Below are positions 60,195 to 64,000 of a DNA stretch of 64,000 nucleotides, in pieces. The DNA is from a virus, in the IMG/VR virus record IMGVR_UViG_3300029784_000281; one strand, 5' to 3'. The notes beneath the pieces were generated by a model. The model did no database searches, was not told the origin of the DNA, and saw only the letters and a list, made by a program, of their open reading frames with translations. A program made the position numbers and the translations under genes. Positions within the stretch are counted from its first letter, which is position 1. The number at the start of each line of letters is the position of its first letter.

Positions 60195-60269
60195 TGCTCC
60201 CTGCCGGGCTTGAACCAGCGACCTCCCGGTTATGAGCCGGATGCTCTCGACCAACTGAGCTAAGGGAGC
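60195..60269 (-). tRNA. tRNA-Met (anticodon CAT; could alternatively be a lysidine-modified Ile type)
   Basis: Minus-strand GCTCCCT-TA-GCTC-AGTTGGTCGA-GAGC-A-TCCGG-CTCATAA-CCGGG-AGGTC-GCTGG-TTCAAGC-CCGGC-AGGGAGC-A. All stems pair and the 1:72 pair is intact (elongator-like). Confidence 0.85.
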
Positions 60270-60492
60270 TTTTACCGGGGAATCCCACCCCGGCGAGTTT
60301 TTAATCAGCTAAGAATTCTTTCTGCCTGCCTCTCGGCGGTAAAGGTCTTGGTAGTATTAAAAACAGCAAATAGTGATTTCGTTCCCGCCTCCGGTCTCGC
60401 TCCGGAACCTGCGAGTCTTTGGCTCTCTTGGCGGGAATAGTTGCGGTCTTGGCTAAATTGCCTATCTTTAGGCCGCTAAACAAAAAAACTAT

Positions 60493-60870
60493 ATGGAATT
60501 AAAAGATTTTATTAAGGAAACGTTACTACAGATCGCTAGTGGCGCAAGACTTGAGGATGATGAATATCGAAAACTTGGAAATGGTGGAGTAAATCCTGAA
60601 GGAAAATTTCATTTAGAGGGTATTCCACACATCCTATGCCCGGGAGTAAATGATAAACATGATATCTCTAAGCCTGTCGTATCCGTTCAATTCAAGTTGA
60701 ATGTCCAGATTGAGGAAAAGACCCAAATAGAAGGGAAGATCGGTGGCATATTGAACGTTATTTCCGCTTCTTTCGGAGGCTCAAAGGAAGATACAAACAA
60801 ATCCGTTCAAGAGATTTCTTTCTCCATTCCCGTAGCCTTGCCGTCACGCTCTTCGGCTTCGGGCAGATAA
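60493..60870 (+). CDS. hypothetical protein
   Basis: 125-aa ORF between the two tRNAs. Confidence 0.45.
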   Translation: MELKDFIKETLLQIASGARLEDDEYRKLGNGGVNPEGKFHLEGIPHILCPGVNDKHDISKPVVSVQFKLNVQIEEKTQIEGKIGGILNVISASFGGSKEDTNKSVQEISFSIPVALPSRSSASGR

Positions 60871-61020
60871 AATCGTAAATCCTTTGGGCCGAGTTGATAA
60901 TGTCTTCCGATTTTGCCATGTTAAAAGGATCTCGGATGTATTCTAAACAGTACATTCGAATCTCCTTATCTGTTTTTGGATAGTAGTCCATATTTTTTTA
61001 TATAATTGTCATTGAATAGA

Positions 61021-61443
61021 TTATAGACACCATGGATTATTTATCGAGCAAAGGAACTCCCTGACCTTCTCGGAGGCTATGGTAGCTTCTTCCTTTGAGG
61101 GGAAGAGGTTACCCGCTTCCTTGAGCAGCTTGATACCTGTCTTGCCCGGCCCACGATTGTTGAAAATGCTCGATACCGGCTCCGGAAGTAAATCTCCTTC
61201 CCTTAGATACCATAGGTCGGTGTTTTGGATGGAGGAGTTACCGGTCTTCCCTTTATCACCTGTCATTATCCAATCGTAAACGGCCTTATGATTTGGATAG
61301 GAACGGTTTACGCAATCGCAACGTATCATGTAATCCTCATGATTTCGATTCTCCTTTAGCCAATCGAAAAGTTCCTCCATTTTCCCTACCGGTTCTTGCC
61401 CGATGAGGGCAAGAATGTCTCTCTTGATCTTAATATCTTCCAT
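61021..61443 (-). CDS. hypothetical protein
   Basis: 140-aa ORF. Confidence 0.5.
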   Translation of the reverse strand: MEDIKIKRDILALIGQEPVGKMEELFDWLKENRNHEDYMIRCDCVNRSYPNHKAVYDWIMTGDKGKTGNSSIQNTDLWYLREGDLLPEPVSSIFNNRGPGKTGIKLLKEAGNLFPSKEEATIASEKVREFLCSINNPWCL

Positions 61444-61750
61444 GTCTTTCTTTTTTTAGTTCGTTCCCGGAAGCCGATTCGATCAGCGGCTCTCGCCTCC
61501 AGTCCGGGATATATTTTCAGAGGATAGGGTTTACCAATGCTGGATCATAACACCCCAAGGAATATCCTCTATATAGTACATTAATATAAATATGTAGACT
61601 CCAACATCGGAACCGATCAAACTACATCGGGAGCGGGGATCATCATCCCTTCCGGTATCTTCGACTATCATAACCTTACCCGCCATACCTATATCTCTTA
61701 CGTATATCCTCTTATGGGGATAAGGATTTATTCACTAAGTCAAAGAACTC

Positions 61751-61823
61751 TTTTTTTAGTAGCCCCACCGGTAATCGAAACCGGAACCTTCTTCTTAGGA
61801 GGAAGACGCTCTATCCGTTGAGC
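61751..61823 (-). tRNA. tRNA-Arg (anticodon CCT, which reads AGG)
   Basis: Minus-strand AGCCCCA-TA-GCTC-AACGGATA-GAGC-G-TCTTC-CTCCTAA-GAAGA-AGGTT-CCGGT-TTCGATT-ACCGG-TGGGGCT-A. Perfect cloverleaf. Confidence 0.85.
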
Positions 61824-61839
61824 TATGGGGCTTTTGAAT

Positions 61840-62079
61840 TTACATGTAATCTTGTTGGTTCTCTGCGGCTTTTAAAAGCTCTGTCATGAGATACTCTATA
61901 CTTTGGGGGCGTTGGAACGCTCTCACCCTTCCTTGCTCTCTCCATCTTTCTACATTAGCCCTACCGAATCTTTGGAAAGCCTTGTTCTGAGATATGTAGA
62001 CCATTGGTTCCTCTTTTATCTTGTGCGCCTCCAAGAATCTTAGATAATGGAGTTGGGAGGCTGATATATCTACCATCAT
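61840..62079 (-). CDS. hypothetical small protein
   Basis: 79 aa. Confidence 0.35.
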   Translation of the reverse strand: MMVDISASQLHYLRFLEAHKIKEEPMVYISQNKAFQRFGRANVERWREQGRVRAFQRPQSIEYLMTELLKAAENQQDYM

Positions 62080-62084
62080 ATGCG

Positions 62085-62303
62085 TTATTTTAATCTGGTT
62101 ACTATTATGTAATCAAAGCATCCATTTTCAGTGCAGGTGAAAGAATATCCTTTTTGGTTAAGCCATTTTATGGAGGACCTGACCCCAGATGGCTTGACAT
62201 ATTTGTTCGGGATCGCTCTAGACTCTCCCTCTTTCAACGCTAATAGACTACCTTGCAAGTCTATTTTCATCTTAAAATCAATCTGTTGTATTTCCATTGT
62301 CAT
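62085..62303 (-). CDS. hypothetical small protein
   Basis: 72 aa. Confidence 0.35.
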   Translation of the reverse strand: MTMEIQQIDFKMKIDLQGSLLALKEGESRAIPNKYVKPSGVRSSIKWLNQKGYSFTCTENGCFDYIIVTRLK

Positions 62304-62359
62304 AAATGTTTGTATCTTTGCGACTTGATACCTAAATGAGCGGTATGCAAGACTGATTA

Positions 62360-62450
62360 ATTATTATAACGCGAATATACACTAGAATAGTGTATTATCA
62401 AAATATTTATACACTATTTTAGTGTGTAAATATATGCTTAAAAGCATGTT
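62360..62450. promoter_or_regulatory. operator-like palindromes in the promoter region upstream of the 62486 gene
   Basis: ATACACTAgaaTAGTGTAT (62367-62385) and ACACTAtttTAGTGT (62411-62425) lie about 42 bp apart. A separate ATGCTTaaAAGCAT sits at 62434-62447. Confidence 0.5.
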
Positions 62451-62485
62451 TTTTGTATGTTTTTGAATATTAGATTGTTATATGT

Positions 62486-62932
62486 ATGGATGCAAGAGAA
62501 ATTTTGGAGTTTATACTTAAAAAGGAAGGGGTTACTTATTATAAGTTGTCAAAGATGATGGGTTTGCCACGTGTACAGCCTTTATATAATATAAGGGATG
62601 GGGCTGTTAAGAGTATAACAAAGAATTATGCTCAGAAAATAATTGAAGCATTTCCAGACTCAGGTTATACTTTGGCTTTTTTAATGACAGGGGATGAGAA
62701 TCTTATCAATACTACTAAAATATTAGTGCCTGAAGATGACAATGTCTCGGATTCAAATTTCGGTATTGAACTTATCAAGCAATCCTTGAGGTTCAGTCAA
62801 GACACTGTGGAAAAACAAAGGATAGCTATAGCTGAGCTGGAAGATGAGATATTGAGGTTGAAAGCAGAGAACGCCGCATTGAAAAAAGGCATGACTGTCT
62901 CTACAGATGAATCCAAAGATTTTGCTGGATAG
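62486..62932 (+). CDS. putative DNA-binding regulator with a C-terminal coiled coil
   Basis: The N-terminal VTYYKLSKMMGLPRVQPLYNI looks HTH-like. C-terminal heptad region. Lies downstream of the palindromic sites. Confidence 0.4.
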   Translation: MDAREILEFILKKEGVTYYKLSKMMGLPRVQPLYNIRDGAVKSITKNYAQKIIEAFPDSGYTLAFLMTGDENLINTTKILVPEDDNVSDSNFGIELIKQSLRFSQDTVEKQRIAIAELEDEILRLKAENAALKKGMTVSTDESKDFAG

Positions 62933-62947
62933 TATATATAGTGTATT

Positions 62948-63376
62948 ATGAAATATAGATCGAAAGAGACCAGACTAAAAGAGCAAGCCTCCCAATATTG
63001 GGGGTTAATGTACAATGCTTCCCCTTGTCTTTCCGAGAGATACCCGGATGCCATAAAGGTGGATGTGTACATAGAGATGGAGTTCATCTCGGCAGTCGCC
63101 CATTCGAAAGAGGAGAGGCATATTGAGATAAGGCCAAGCGATAAGTTATACTTACACTTGAATTGCGCCAATAATGATTGCACGGGATCCGGGTTTGACT
63201 TGACGAGCTTAGTGCGGAAGAGCCTTGTCGAAAGGTCGGAGATATCCGGTCGGCTCCAATGCGATGGAAAAGAGGACTGGAAATATTACGGCCATAACGG
63301 TTGTTCCTGTCAGACTACTTTGGATTACAGGATTCTTCCGCTATTCTTTTCAGCAGCAGTGTCTGACGAACCATGA
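62948..63376 (+). CDS. hypothetical Cys-containing protein
   Basis: 142-aa ORF. Confidence 0.4.
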   Translation: MKYRSKETRLKEQASQYWGLMYNASPCLSERYPDAIKVDVYIEMEFISAVAHSKEERHIEIRPSDKLYLHLNCANNDCTGSGFDLTSLVRKSLVERSEISGRLQCDGKEDWKYYGHNGCSCQTTLDYRILPLFFSAAVSDEP

Positions 63377-63602
63377 CATCCTGTATGATCTGCCCGGATG
63401 CGTCCAGGCGTTCAAAGATAGGTTCGAGCGTTTTTTTGTCCTTGTCGGGCCAGCAGAAAGCCGAATATATGTCTAATGACGTTTGCTTAATATCGCAATA
63501 TAGCTTAGTATATTTCATCATCGCTTGTATGTACGACTCGGCGATTCTCTTGTCTACTGCGCCATAATGGGGGATGAATATCTTATCGGAATCTTTTTTC
63601 AT
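63315..63602 (-). CDS. hypothetical protein (convergent, about 60-nt overlap with the previous ORF)
   Basis: 95 aa with protein-like composition. The overlap makes one of the pair doubtful. Confidence 0.3.
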   Translation of the reverse strand: MKKDSDKIFIPHYGAVDKRIAESYIQAMMKYTKLYCDIKQTSLDIYSAFCWPDKDKKTLEPIFERLDASGQIIQDVMVRQTLLLKRIAEESCNPK

Positions 63603-63775
63603 ATCAATATTTCTTCATTTTTGTACTATTTTCTGTAAATATAGAAGTACGCAGTGTGTGCATGACGATAAATATTACTTTTAATATATTGAATAGTGTT
63701 GTACAACATGTAGAATATGAAATCCATATCCTTTGTCTATTTTGTTATAAATAGACATAAAAAGTCAATAGAGGT

Positions 63776-64000
63776 ATGAATGAGGATTTATTTGAGAGAC
63801 AGTTAGCTGTTATAATGGCTAGGTTCTCTGAGTTTGAGAAAAGGAGCGAGAAACAGTTGTCAAATCACGAGAAACGACTGAATGATTTAGAAAAAACAAA
63901 TAAAGATGTGAAGATTGTATCTCTCCCCTTTGTTAACAATAAGTTAAATAAAGTTAACGGGGGGGGGGGTAAACTCCTTATTCAAAGAATTACATATTAG
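63776..64000 (+). CDS. hypothetical protein, 3'-truncated by the window end. It contains an 11-nt poly-G tract.
   Basis: The ORF runs off the window. G11 at 63959-63969 encodes NGGGG. Confidence 0.4.
   Translation: MNEDLFERQLAVIMARFSEFEKRSEKQLSNHEKRLNDLEKTNKDVKIVSLPFVNNKLNKVNGGGGKLLIQRITY

Noticed and set aside
1-64000. Integrase, excisionase, transposase or IS elements
   Set aside because: No tyrosine or serine recombinase motifs or DDE-transposase-like ORFs were recognised anywhere in the window. The tRNA genes are intact and not truncated att-style.

Overview
This window reads as a contiguous stretch of a tailed dsDNA bacteriophage or prophage genome. Most gene starts lack a Shine-Dalgarno sequence and the coding style is AT-biased, which suggests a Bacteroidota host, but this is inference. 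All functional calls come from motifs read in the ORF translations; no database search was possible.

Layout:
- 12-9714 (+): a probably 5'-truncated coiled-coil gene, then an 8.5-kb gene for a 2833-aa giant multidomain protein. This protein carries an HExxH zincin motif (HEVVGHH) and an inorganic-pyrophosphatase-like signature (NTYGYI...DGDHIDVF). It resembles the virion-injected polyvalent proteins of phages.
- 9754-11243: an AT-rich islet with a membrane protein and a J-domain (HPD) transmembrane protein.
- 11376-15723: a regulatory region. It holds a divergent XRE-type HTH regulator and a Bro-N/KilA-C antirepressor with TGTACA repeats between them. A 700-bp non-coding stretch follows, carrying a long imperfect palindrome and direct repeats (candidate origin or regulatory site), then a KilA-N-like gene.
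- 15782-20901 (-): packaging genes. These are the large terminase (Walker A KARQWGGST), the portal, and a possible small terminase.
- 21017-35280 (+): head, tail and lysis genes. These include scaffold and capsid candidates, and a 1206-aa tailspike with a C-terminal SGNH/GDSL esterase domain. There are two paralogous tail fibres that share a HylP-like N-terminal domain, a collagen-like fibre, a holin, an Amidase_2 endolysin and a spanin-like gene.
- 35580-37285 (+): an accessory pair of a GHKL/HATPase_c-type ATPase/kinase translationally coupled (ATGA overlap) to a small STAS-like protein. This is a partner-switching-like module that is unusual in a phage.
- 37680-41249 (+) and 41242-43941 (-): uncharacterised, probably structural, proteins.
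- 43975-59705 (-): a long leftward block of small early-type genes. Recognisable members are YopX, a Dam-like N6-adenine methyltransferase (DPPY), a DnaC-like P-loop ATPase, a replication-initiator-like protein, a NinG-like zinc-finger protein, an SPFH-like lipoprotein and RecT. Also here are a 697-aa fusion of a RecB/Cas4-like PD-(D/E)XK nuclease with an FtsK-type ATPase, and a protein built from about 11 copies of a 24-bp tandem repeat (GSATVEAY units).
- 60195-61823 (-): two tRNAs, tRNA-Met(CAT) and tRNA-Arg(CCT).
- 62360-64000: a further regulator with palindromic operator-like sites upstream of it.

No integrase, CRISPR array or rRNA is visible.
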